Below are positions 34,154 through 44,502 of a stretch of DNA of 64,000 bases, piece by piece. The DNA is from Nitrospirota bacterium (GTDB lineage: Bacteria > Nitrospirota > JACRHJ01). The notes beneath the pieces are model-generated. The model did no database searches. It saw nothing but the letters and a program-made list of their open reading frames with translations, and had not been told where the DNA came from. Numbering within the stretch: position 1 is the stretch's first letter; the number at the start of each line of letters is the position of its first letter. The position numbers were made by a program, and so were the translations under genes. Location of the stretch: assembly GCA_963733375.1 (NCBI GenBank), contig CAVTDB010000026.1, forward strand, positions 32,001-96,000, given 5' to 3'.

Positions 34154-35272
34154 ATGTTCGATAAAATAAGGGCGGATTTCAGGGCCGTCTTTGAGATGGA
34201 CCCTGCCGCCACGAGCAGGCTTGAAGTAATCTTTACTTACGCAGGCTTCCACGCAATCCTCATGCACCGCATAGCGCACTGGTTTCACAGGATGGGGATG
34301 CCTTTCTTCGCGCGCGCGATATCCCAGGCTACCCGCATCTTCACGGGCATCGAGATCCATCCCGCCGCCAAGATAGGGAAAAGCTTTTTCATAGACCACG
34401 GCATGGGAGTCGTCATCGGCGAGACCACCGAGATCGGCGAGCACGTCGTAATATTCCAGGGCGTGACCTTGGGCGGCACCGGCAAGGAGCGCGGGAAGCG
34501 CCATCCGACATTGGGAGATTATGTAGTCGTCGGGACGGGCGCCAAGGTGCTGGGCGGGATTACGATAGGCGACCACGTAAAAATCGGCGCGAACGCGGTC
34601 GTTCTTAAATCCGTCCCGCCCCATTCCACGGTGGTGGGCGTGCCGGGGAGGGTGGTGCGGGTCCACGGCGAGAAGTTGATGGAAGCCTCCATGCTGGACC
34701 ACGTCCATATGCCCGACCCATTGAATGAAACGCTTGTCCGGATGCAGAAACAGATAAGCCGCCTGGAGCAGAAGCTGGGGGTGCAGGAAGCCCCTGCGCA
34801 GGAGAGGCAGAGGCCTGAAAGGCCAAAGCAGGAGAAGCCGCACCTGGAGAAGAGGCAACAGCCACCGAGGCAGGTCAAGCCTGAAAAACTGTCCAGGATA
34901 CGGGAGGAAGTAGAACAGCTTACCTCCGAGACGGTCCAGGAGAGACAGGCCAGGATGGCCAGGATGGAGCGCGACGAGCGCATGAAGGCGCAGGCCATGA
35001 AAAAACGCGAAACGGCAATACTCCTGCCTCAGGAACCCGTCCCGCAGCCTGGAGGGCAGACGCCTGATGAAGCGTCGCCGGTAAAGAAAAAGAGCCGCCG
35101 CAGAAGACGTCCGAGGAGGCCGGGAGAAGCTCCGAGGATTCAACAGGAGCAGGCGGGGGAGATTGCCGCGGGCGGCGAAGGGGCAAATGTCCCGGCAGCG
35201 CCCGCGCCGCTTTCCATAGTCTCCAAATCCGATACCGCGGATACTAAATGGCCCGAAGGCGGGGAAGGATAA
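34154..35272 (+). CDS. cysE: Serine O-acetyltransferase with long disordered C-terminal extension
   Basis: DPAA, TGIEIHPAA, FIDHGMGVVIGET, KRHPT, VGVPGR. Confidence 0.9.
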   Translation: MFDKIRADFRAVFEMDPAATSRLEVIFTYAGFHAILMHRIAHWFHRMGMPFFARAISQATRIFTGIEIHPAAKIGKSFFIDHGMGVVIGETTEIGEHVVIFQGVTLGGTGKERGKRHPTLGDYVVVGTGAKVLGGITIGDHVKIGANAVVLKSVPPHSTVVGVPGRVVRVHGEKLMEASMLDHVHMPDPLNETLVRMQKQISRLEQKLGVQEAPAQERQRPERPKQEKPHLEKRQQPPRQVKPEKLSRIREEVEQLTSETVQERQARMARMERDERMKAQAMKKRETAILLPQEPVPQPGGQTPDEASPVKKKSRRRRRPRRPGEAPRIQQEQAGEIAAGGEGANVPAAPAPLSIVSKSDTADTKWPEGGEG

Positions 35273-36825
35273 TGCTGAAGATTTTCAACACCCTTTCCTC
35301 CCAAAAAGAAGAGTTCGCGCCGCTTTCGGATAATGAGGTCCGGATGTACGCCTGCGGCGTGACCGTGTACGACCACAGCCATTTAGGGCACGCGAGGGGC
35401 GCGGTGGTGTTCGACGTCGTCCGGAAGTACCTGCAGCGCAAGGGGTACAAGGTTAAATATGTCCGCAATTTCACAGACGTGGACGACAAGATAATAAAGA
35501 GGGCGGCGGAGGCGGGGACCACCTGGAAGGAACTCGCGGAGAAATACACCCAGGAATATATAAAGGACATGGCCAAGCTGGGCGTGGACAGGCCGGACAT
35601 CGAGCCGAAGGCCACTGACCACATCCAGGACATTATAGACCTGATAGGCAGGCTCGTCGCCCAGGGACTGGCGTATGAGTCCGGCGGCGACGTTTTTTTC
35701 GCGGTCCGGAAATTCCCAGGCTACGGAAAGCTGTCGAAGAAGACCATAGACGACATGTTGTCGGGCGCGCGGGTTGACATAAACGAGCGCAAAGATGACC
35801 CGCTGGATTTCGTCCTGTGGAAAGCTTCCAAACCGGGCGAACCGGCATGGGATTCTCCGTGGGGAAAAGGCAGGCCCGGCTGGCATATAGAATGCTCCGC
35901 CATGTCGATGAAGTATCTGGGCGAGACCTTCGATATCCACGCGGGAGGGATGGACCTCCAGTTCCCCCATCACGAAAACGAGATAGCGCAGTCCGAGGGA
36001 GCAACCGGGAAACAGTTCGTACGCTACTGGATGCATAACGGCTTCGTGAACGTGAACCGGGAGAAGATGTCCAAGTCTCTCGGTAATTTCTTCACCATAA
36101 AAGAGATACTGGATGCGTACGAGCCGGAGGTAATCCGGTTTTTCCTCCTCTCCACGCACTACAGGAACCCCATCGACTTCTCCGACCAGAGCCTCCAGGA
36201 CAGCAGGGCCGCGCTCGACCGTTACTATACCATGATGGAGGCCCTGGATAAGGCGATAGGTCCGGACTACAAGCCGGGCCCGTACACGGAGGACCAGATG
36301 TCTCCGTCCGCGAAAGCGGTCTGGCATGCCGCGGATGCGTTAATGCAGAAGTTCGACGAGGCGATGGAGGATGATTTTAATGCCGCATCCGCAATAGGCG
36401 CGGTATTCGAGATGGTGCGGGAGATAAACCGGGTCGTTTCGGATGCGGAACTGATAAAAAGCGATCCGCATATAAAAGACGCACTCGTTCAGGCAAGAGA
36501 CGCCCTCGCGGCGGTATCCAGGGTGCTGAACCTGTTCGGCAGAAAACCGGAAGAATGGTTCGGGCGGAGCCTGGATAAAATTCGCATAAAAGAAAGCGGC
36601 GAGAAGCTGGCGGAAATAAGAAATGGCTTGTCGGCATTCGGCGCGGAGCTTGCCCCGGACGGCAGCCTGTCCCCGCAGGTAATTGATATGCTTATCTCCG
36701 AAAGAAATTCCGCCCGGTCCGCCAAGGCGTGGAAAAAAGCGGATGAAATCCGCGATTTACTGGCAAGAATGAACGTAGAGCTTTTGGATTCAATGGAAGG
36801 GACTAAATGGCAGATAAAAGAGTAG
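35272..36825 (+). CDS. cysS: Cysteine--tRNA ligase
   Basis: YACGVTVYD.SHLGH, GRPGWHIEC, FPHHENE, KMSKS. Confidence 0.96.
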   Translation: MLKIFNTLSSQKEEFAPLSDNEVRMYACGVTVYDHSHLGHARGAVVFDVVRKYLQRKGYKVKYVRNFTDVDDKIIKRAAEAGTTWKELAEKYTQEYIKDMAKLGVDRPDIEPKATDHIQDIIDLIGRLVAQGLAYESGGDVFFAVRKFPGYGKLSKKTIDDMLSGARVDINERKDDPLDFVLWKASKPGEPAWDSPWGKGRPGWHIECSAMSMKYLGETFDIHAGGMDLQFPHHENEIAQSEGATGKQFVRYWMHNGFVNVNREKMSKSLGNFFTIKEILDAYEPEVIRFFLLSTHYRNPIDFSDQSLQDSRAALDRYYTMMEALDKAIGPDYKPGPYTEDQMSPSAKAVWHAADALMQKFDEAMEDDFNAASAIGAVFEMVREINRVVSDAELIKSDPHIKDALVQARDALAAVSRVLNLFGRKPEEWFGRSLDKIRIKESGEKLAEIRNGLSAFGAELAPDGSLSPQVIDMLISERNSARSAKAWKKADEIRDLLARMNVELLDSMEGTKWQIKE

Positions 36826-38496
36826 GCGGCGGAGGCCCGGGAAGAAGAACGGGAGACGGTCAGAAAAGAAGCGCAGGGCAAGGCGGTAAGAGGACCGGTG
36901 GCCCTTCCGGGGCTTCAAGGGGCCCTTCCGGGGCTTCGAGGGGAGCTTCCGGGGCTTCGAGGGGAACTTCCGGAGCTTCGAGGGGAACTTCGAGCTGGCG
37001 GCGCGAGGGGGGCGAGTGGGTTCAGGAGGGGCCGGAAGAGGGACTTCGGGAGGCCCAAGACAACCTAATGCCATGAAACGCGGAGGGTATACACCTGCGC
37101 CGGATTTCGCAAAAAAACGCGAGGGAGCCTCTTCAGGCGTACCGCGCTGGTCTGATATCCCCGAACATAAAAGCAAAAGCCGCGGTCCAGACAGAGGGTC
37201 CGTGCCAGAGGGCCGGCTCAGGGTCCGGCCAGGGGTCCAGCCAGAGGCGGCTCGGCCAGCCAGAGGCTCGCGATAGGAGAGAGACGCCCTCCCGGCAAGG
37301 AGAAGCCGCCGCTCCCCGCAAATCAAATTATTCGAGCGCGGGCAGGGGTGACCGTCCGGAATATTCGAGCGCGGGCAGGGGTGACCGTCCAGTCACTCGA
37401 AAGGAAGATTATTCGAGCACGAGCAGGGGCGAACGTCCGGCGTCTCGAAAAGAAGATTATTCAAGCGCGGGCAGGGGCGAACGTCCGGTTTCCCGAAAAG
37501 AGGATTATTCAAAGCCGGCACCGGAAAGACGCGAATTTGCCGCCGCCGGGAAGAGAGATTTTTCTCGTCCTGACAGGCGCGAGGCGCCGGTAAGGACCGT
37601 CAGCGCCCCGTGAGAGAAGAGAGACTTCCGACAGGTTCAAACCCGCCCCGGCTTATGAAAGACCGGTCCGAAGGGCTCCTCAATCCGAGGATTTTACTCA
37701 GGCGCCCCCTAAGAAATTCTCCTCGGAATCTTTTGTCTCCCCGCAGGCGGAGGAAGGGATAGTAGCCGGGATTAACCCGGTCCTGGAACTCCTTCATTCC
37801 GGGGACCGCCCGATAGATATCCTCTTCATAGATAAGGACAAAGGCGGGAGCCAGATTGAGCAGATGCTGGCCATAGCCAGAAAAAAGGGCATCCAGATCC
37901 GGATTGTCCCGAGGGCCGCGCTGGACAAGATGGCTTTTGGAATACGCCATCAGGGCTCCGTGGCGACGGTGCCCCCGAAGGAATACGCGGACCCATACGT
38001 TCTGGCGGAAGTCGCTATAAAAAAAGGGAAAATCCCTCTGCTCGTAATCCTGGACGGCATCGAAGACCCGCACAATCTCGGGGCTATAATACGGACGGCC
38101 GAAGGCGCGGGCGCGGACGGGGTAGTGATTCCGGAACACCGGGCGGCGCATTTAACCGCGACGGTATCCAAGGTCTCGTCTGGCGCGTTGGAGCATATCC
38201 CCGTGGCCAAAGTGCCCAACCTCGCGAATTACCTGGAGTTCCTGAAGGAAAAGGGGTTCTGGACGGTGGGGCTTGCCGGGGATGCGAAGGAAGTTTATAA
38301 CAAGCCGGACCTGACCGTGCCTTTGGCCGTCGTCCTGGGCGGGGAAGAGTCCGGGATCAGGCCGGTAATAAGAAATTCCTGCGACATGCTGGTTTCGCTC
38401 CCGATGCTTGGCAAGGTATCGTCGCTGAATGTCTCGGTGGCGGCTGGAGTTATGCTCTACGAGGTCCTCCGGCAAAGGTCTAAGCCAGGCGGTTAA
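36807..38496 (+). CDS. rlmB: 23S rRNA Gm2251 methyltransferase with long repeat-rich N-terminal extension (frameshifted)
   Basis: GINPV.E, HQG, LDGIEDPHNLGAIIRTA, GGEESG, SLNVSVA; upstream G/S/R-rich frames start at ATG 36807. Confidence 0.85.
36900..36992 (+). repeat. Coding 21-bp tandem repeat (G[PAT]SGASR x4.5)
   Basis: GGCCCTTCCGGGGCTTCRAGG-type units. Confidence 0.9.
37329..37512 (+). repeat. Coding 33/48-bp tandem repeat (YSSAGRG[DE]RP..RKED)
   Basis: TATTCRAGC.CG.GCAGGGG units starting at 37329, 37362, 37410, 37458 and (partial) 37506. Confidence 0.88.
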
Positions 38497-38658
38497 ATAA
38501 AAAACCCTTTATGAATTGATGCCGGGACAGCGGAAGTCCGAAAATACGTTTAGGAAAACCGTTATTTTTTAGGCACTTGCAAACATCAAAATGGAGATTT
38601 TACGCCGTCTGAAAATGGGCCAATCAGGCGGCGTAACTTTTTATCGAATAAAGGAAAA

Positions 38659-38852
38659 TTGTTCTCTAACCCCTTAAAAAACGATGCCTCCGAAACCCCC
38701 TTTTTAACCTCAAAAATGGCCCCAAATGCCGCAAAAATGGCATAAAATGATACCGCAGGAAAAACGGCGGATAAGTCATTTATATATGAATAGAGATTAA
38801 TTAACGATAAGTTGCGGCGCGGAACAGGAAGAGTTATTAAGAGTACAAAATG
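38659..38852 (+). repeat. ~195-bp imperfect direct repeat, copy 1
   Basis: Colinear with 38950-39148, e.g. shared AAAAACGGCGGATAAGTCATTTATAT, ATAGAGATTAATT, ACGATAAGTTGCGGCG. Confidence 0.9.
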
Positions 38853-38949
38853 CGGGATTTTAGGCGGCGCCTGATGCACTGTTTAGATACAATTAGAACA
38901 ATGTCAGTGCATAATAGCTAAAATATTTAAATTTGCTGGACCAGCTATC

Positions 38950-39148
38950 ATTGTTTCCGACCCTTTAAAAAAACAATGCCTCCGTAACCCCCATTTTTTA
39001 CCTCAAAAACGCTCCCCAAGGCCCCAAAAACGGCGGGAAATGATACCCAAGAAAAAACGGCGGATAAGTCATTTATATGTGGATAGAGATTAATTGACGA
39101 TAAGTTGCGGCGGTAAACAGGAGAGGTTATTAAGAGCACGAAAAAATG
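38950..39148 (+). repeat. ~195-bp imperfect direct repeat, copy 2
   Basis: See copy 1; offset about 291 nt. Confidence 0.9.
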
Positions 39149-39171
39149 TAGTTATGTGGCCGTAATTTCTA

Positions 39172-39200
39172 TTGACAAATAATCAAATGTAATATATTCT
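39172..39200 (+). promoter_or_regulatory. sigma70-type promoter upstream of AIPR gene
   Basis: TTGACA-17nt-TATTCT. Confidence 0.6.
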
Positions 39201-39397
39201 CTCTCACGACTATTGAGCATTGTCTTGATCAGTCGTTAAAGGTGCATCTAAATTGATCACGGAAAGGAGGTCGGATATGAATATTTAAAGTTGCCTTTTG
39301 CCTGGTTAGGTAAAAGGTTTTTTTATTTCATAGGCTATTTTTCATTGAAAAAATCAGCCTCAAAAGACACGTTAAAAACGTAAAGGAGAAATAATTC

Positions 39398-40639
39398 ATG
39401 AAGAAAGTTACATTTAAAGTTGAATCATTCCGCAGAATCCCTTGTCCTTTTGAGCGTGAAAAGTCCGCTAAACCCCAAGCCACCTATATAGCAATATGTA
39501 ATGTAAAAAATCTACCGTCGGACATTCCGATGGATACAAATCCTCGCGAACAGAATTTAAGAACCAATGTTGCACTGAGGATTAAAGAAGGATTAATCGA
39601 AAACCGTGATTGCAATTTTCATTTATTAAACAGGGGCTTAGTTATATCAGCCGAAGAAGCTAAATTTAATAATGATAAAAATTTGCTCACCTTGACTTTC
39701 ACCGACAGTGAAACACATGGGGATATAGACGGCGGACATACATATAAAATCATACTCAACAATAGAGATAAACTTGCGAAACTTGAGATTGATCAGTTTG
39801 TCCGTTTGGAAATTTTAACGGGAATAGAGGATTTTTTTGAGGATATAGCAAGTGCAAGAAACACCTCTATGCAAGTCAAAACAAAAAGCATAGCTGAGCT
39901 TGAAGGCAAATTTGACATCATAAAAGATGCCTTAGACAAGGAGCCATTTTTGAAAAGAGTTTCTTTTAAAGAATATGCTCCGGGCGAGATAGATGTCCGA
40001 GAAGTAATTGCAATACTGACAATGTTCAACATAGAAAGATTTAATGGCACGTCACATCCTATAGTCACTTATTCGCAAAAAGAAACGTGCATCAATCATT
40101 ACTTACAATATTATGATAAAAAAGAAGACAACCCGTTTAGAAAACTAAAAAATATTGCACCGGATATTTTCAAACTTTACAACCATATTGAGAAGAAAAT
40201 GCCGGAAGTGTACAAGGAAAAGGAAAAAGACAAAGATATTGTAAGCAGATATGGCAGAATCAAAGGAGTAGCCTTTAGAGAAGGGGACGAGTTTCATCAG
40301 TTGCTTTTCTCTCCAAAGGACGTAAAGATAGCTTATGGAACTCCCAAGGGTTTTATTTATCCTGTAGTAGCTGCCTTCCGAGCGCTAGTTGAAGAAGATG
40401 AGGATACTAAACTCTACAAATGGTTTAACGATAGAAATCCTATTCACTATTTTAATAAATTGGCTAATGATCTTGTTAATACAACCATCGATAGAAGCAG
40501 GACGTTAGGAAATAATCCAAATGCGGTTGGTAAAGACACGGGTCATTGGGCGGCACTGTATGACAAAGTTGCGCATAAAATGCTGGCAGAGAAAAACAAG
40601 CGCCTTGAAGAAATGTTAAAATCTTTAAGGCAAAAGTAA
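39398..40639 (+). CDS. AIPR-family (abortive infection phage resistance) protein
   Basis: NPREQN, FHLLNRGLVI, DIDGGHTY, ARNTSMQVK motifs; markedly AT-rich. Confidence 0.8.
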   Translation: MKKVTFKVESFRRIPCPFEREKSAKPQATYIAICNVKNLPSDIPMDTNPREQNLRTNVALRIKEGLIENRDCNFHLLNRGLVISAEEAKFNNDKNLLTLTFTDSETHGDIDGGHTYKIILNNRDKLAKLEIDQFVRLEILTGIEDFFEDIASARNTSMQVKTKSIAELEGKFDIIKDALDKEPFLKRVSFKEYAPGEIDVREVIAILTMFNIERFNGTSHPIVTYSQKETCINHYLQYYDKKEDNPFRKLKNIAPDIFKLYNHIEKKMPEVYKEKEKDKDIVSRYGRIKGVAFREGDEFHQLLFSPKDVKIAYGTPKGFIYPVVAAFRALVEEDEDTKLYKWFNDRNPIHYFNKLANDLVNTTIDRSRTLGNNPNAVGKDTGHWAALYDKVAHKMLAEKNKRLEEMLKSLRQK

Positions 40640-40651
40640 TGTATTATCGGT

Positions 40652-40676
40652 GGGGGCCTCAATTAAAGAGGCCCCC
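40652..40676 (+). terminator. Hairpin downstream of AIPR gene (no clear U tract)
   Basis: GGGGGCCTC-AATTAAA-GAGGCCCCC. Confidence 0.5.
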
Positions 40677-40693
40677 GCTATCTCAATTAATTC

Positions 40694-40722
40694 TTGACTT
40701 CCCCTTGATTTTACCCTAAAAT
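40694..40722 (+). promoter_or_regulatory. sigma70 promoter of tRNA-Thr
   Basis: TTGACT-17nt-TAAAAT. Confidence 0.65.
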
Positions 40723-40746
40723 TACAGATTCCGTAAAATCTGCAGC

Positions 40747-40822
40747 GCTGGCGTAGCTCAGTTGGTAGAGCAGCTGATTTGTAATCAGCTGGTCGGAGGT
40801 TCGACTCCTCTCGCCAGCTCCA
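40747..40822 (+). tRNA. tRNA-Thr(TGT)
   Basis: GCTGGCG stem, GCTGA-TT-TGT-AA-TCAGC, GGTTCGACTCC, CCA. Confidence 0.96.
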
Positions 40823-40892
40823 GTTTGAAGTATACCCGAAGGGGCGCTGGGGGGCGGGCGGCGGCTTTTTTAAACCCTTTAAAAATAAAGGG

Positions 40893-40923
40893 TTGACAAA
40901 ATTTCAGCTATAATGTATAAAAT
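40893..40923 (+). promoter_or_regulatory. sigma70 promoter of tRNA-Tyr/Gly
   Basis: TTGACA-17nt-TATAAAAT. Confidence 0.65.
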
Positions 40924-40950
40924 GTCGCCCTGGTAGTCCCGCGGCATCGC

Positions 40951-41037
40951 GGGGAGGTGGCCGAGCGGTTAATGGCAGCAGACTGTAAATCTGCCGGTCT
41001 TGCACCTACGGAGGTTCGAACCCTCCCCTCCCCACCA
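40951..41037 (+). tRNA. tRNA-Tyr(GTA)
   Basis: GCAGA-CT-GTA-AA-TCTGC, variable arm, GGTTCGAACCC, CCA. Confidence 0.96.
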
Positions 41038-41050
41038 TTTGCTTTTTTTT

Positions 41051-41126
41051 GCGGGTGTAGCTCAGTTGGTAGAGCGCCAGCCTTCCAAGCTGGGGGTCGC
41101 GGGTTCGAACCCCGTCGCCCGCTCCA
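41051..41126 (+). tRNA. tRNA-Gly(TCC)
   Basis: CCAGC-CT-TCC-AA-GCTGG, GGTTCGAACCC, CCA. Confidence 0.96.
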
Positions 41127-41139
41127 TAAACGGAGTTTG

Positions 41140-42396
41140 ATGGCAAGGCTCCAGGTAGTTTTAAAAGTCTTTTTTGCGGCGCTTGCCGTGCTTTTGCCGC
41201 TTACGCTGGCGATGGAGAAGTGCGGGGCTGAAGAGCCCGCAGTAATCCGGGCCGCAGACCGGTACGGTCAAAGGGCGTGCGATAGAGGCGATTAACGCCG
41301 GGGACTATACGGCCGCGATAGATATACTGGAGAAGGCCCCTTCCCAGGACCCGTTCGATGAAGATTACAAGGCCCTGCTGGCCAAGGCATACGGCGAACG
41401 GGGATGGAAGAAGCAGGGCAACGGGAGATTTTCCGGGCGCTTTGGAAGACCTGAAGAAGGCGCGGCTAAACGAGCCGAAGAAGCAGTTTGCCACGTACTT
41501 CGGGCTTGCGTATTGCTCGTACCGCTTAAAGCAGGCGGACGACGCGCTCGATTACCTGGACGAGGCGATATTTCTGGAGCCTTCCGAACCGCAGGCGAGG
41601 ACGCTTCGGGGCCAGATATATTATCAGCGCGGGCGTCTCCAGGAAGCGGTGTCCGAGTTGGAGTTGGCGCTTCAGGAAAAGCCGGGGGATAAAGGCATAA
41701 AAGACCTCCTGGCGAAGGCAAGGAAAGAACTTGGGGTAGAAGGCTCCTTTACGGACAGGGAGACCTACTACTTCAATGTAAAATACGAAGGCGAAGAAAA
41801 AAGGCAACTGGGCGACCTGGTGCTTGATGTTTTATACAAGGCCTCGTCCAACGTCGGCGGCGACCTTGGCTATTATCAGAAGGAGCCGATAAACGTAATC
41901 CTTTACACCCGTCAGCAGTTCGTGGACGTGACCGATGCGCCGGACTGGTCCGGCGGGGTCTTCGACGGCAACATCAGGATACCCGTCGGGGGCAGGGAAT
42001 ATAGATAAGACGGCCCTTGCGGCGGTGATCCACCACGAGTTCACCCATGCGGTGATACACCGGGAGGTAAGCGGCCACGTTCCGGCCTGGCTGGACGAAG
42101 GCACCGCCCAGTATGAGGAACGCTGGGCCAGGCAGCCGAAAGCGGATGGTTTTACGCCCGTCCCGCTTTCAACGCTGGACAAGACGTTCATAAACATGGA
42201 CCCGGACAAGGCGAAGAACGCATATGCCGAGTCGCTCTCCGCGGTGCAGTACTACGTGGACAGGTTCGGGATGTACAGCCTCTCCAACCTGATAAAGGAC
42301 CTGGGAGAGGGCCGGGGCGTATCCGACGCTATGAAAAAAGCCGCCGGGGTGAGCCTTTCCGAGTTCGAGCAGGATTGGCGGGGCAGCGGCAGGTAG
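41140..42396 (+). CDS. Exported TPR-repeat + MA-clan (gluzincin-like) metallopeptidase domain protein (frameshifted)
   Basis: SD GGAG + ATG 41140, signal peptide, TPR-like helices, PDWSGGVFDG.IRIP, HEFTH, PAWLDEGTAQY. Confidence 0.8.
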
Positions 42397-42498
42397 TCGG
42401 TGCGCGATTTCCGGCCAGTGAGGAAGCATTATCTGGCAGGTAAGTTTACTTGAGGTGGAAATGGCGCTTGAAAGATGGAGCGCCTGAACATAGAGCAG

Positions 42499-42574
42499 GC
42501 CGACGTAGCTCAGTTGGCAGAGCACATCCTTGGTAAGGATGAGGTCACCAGTTCGATCCTGGTCGTCGGCTCCA
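42499..42574 (+). tRNA. tRNA-Thr(GGT)
   Basis: CATCC-TT-GGT-AA-GGATG, AGTTCGATCCT, CCA. Confidence 0.96.
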
Positions 42575-42676
42575 GTAACTTGTTAGCGGGGAGCGCCTCT
42601 CCGGCGAAGTCTTAGCTTAACCGGACTCGGGGAGGTTTGCACCTTCGCGTTTTCCTTTTTTTTAAGGGGGACAGTA

Positions 42677-43876
<1,200 letters not shown>

Positions 43877-43882
43877 AGGGTC

Positions 43883-43980
43883 GTTACCTTTTTGGTAAAA
43901 AGGTAACACCAAAAACTTTCAAATTGTTTTAACACTGGCTTTCTTTTGGTTACTTTTCTTTCACCCGAAAGAAAAGTAAC
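43883..43980 (+). repeat. Twin-hairpin intergenic element, tuf-rpmG
   Basis: GTTACCTTTTT-GGT-AAAAAGGTAAC-ACCAAAAACTTT...CTTTCTTTTG-GTTACTTTTCTTTC-ACCC-GAAAGAAAAGTAAC. Confidence 0.9.
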
Positions 43981-43996
43981 AGACTTGGAGTTTATC

Positions 43997-44149
43997 ATGC
44001 GGGACATAATATTGCTTACGTGCCAGACTTGCAAACAGCGCAACTACTCCACGATGAAGAACAAGAAGAACACCACGGAGAAGATCGAGCTGAAAAAGTA
44101 CTGCAAGTTCTGCAGGATTCATACGGTCCACAAAGAAACGAAGGCTTAA
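43997..44149 (+). CDS. rpmG: 50S ribosomal protein L33 (Zn-binding C+ form)
   Basis: [21 protein letters not shown]...KKYCKFC..HT.HKE. Confidence 0.95.
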   Translation: MRDIILLTCQTCKQRNYSTMKNKKNTTEKIELKKYCKFCRIHTVHKETKA

Positions 44150-44159
44150 ATCGCCTTGC

Positions 44160-44236
44160 AGGCCAGTAGCTCTAACGGTTAGAGCACCGGACTCCAAATC
44201 CGGGTGTTGGGGGTTCGAATCCCTCCTGGCCTGCCA
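44160..44236 (+). tRNA. tRNA-Trp(CCA)
   Basis: CCGGA-CT-CCA-AA-TCCGG, GGTTCGAATCC, CCA; usual position before secE. Confidence 0.96.
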
Positions 44237-44288
44237 TTTAAGAGGCGCGGCGCCTGAAACGTGCCGCTTGAAGCCTCGGGAGAAAAAA

Positions 44289-44477
44289 ATGTTCAACCGG
44301 GCAATTGAGTTCCTCAAGGAATCGAAGAACGAGCTTTCGAAGGTGGTCTTCCCGTCCAGGGCCGAGACCATCAGCGCGACGATTGTCGTGATATTGTCAG
44401 TCATATTCGTATCAATATTTCTTGGGGTAGTCGACCTCGGGCTGTCGAAGCTGATGTCGATGCTTGTGCTGGGCTAA
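44289..44477 (+). CDS. secE: Preprotein translocase subunit SecE
   Basis: EL.KVVFPSR.E + one TM helix; context. Confidence 0.93.
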   Translation: MFNRAIEFLKESKNELSKVVFPSRAETISATIVVILSVIFVSIFLGVVDLGLSKLMSMLVLG

Positions 44478-44502
44478 TAGCCCTAATACGTTGGGAGACA
44501 AG

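Noticed and set aside
33719-35143. Long antisense ORFs (474 aa here; others opposite nif, cysS, rpo genes)
   Set aside because: Shadow frames of GC-rich coding sequence with no recognisable domains.
37329-37512. Repeat-spacer-like pattern resembling CRISPR
   Set aside because: Spacings of 33/48 nt are multiples of three, the 'spacers' resemble each other, the repeat translates to a coherent peptide and there are no cas genes.
40957-41139. 112 aa ORF starting at 40957
   Set aside because: Its 5' half is tRNA-Tyr and tRNA-Gly sequence; only the part from 41140 is plausibly coding.
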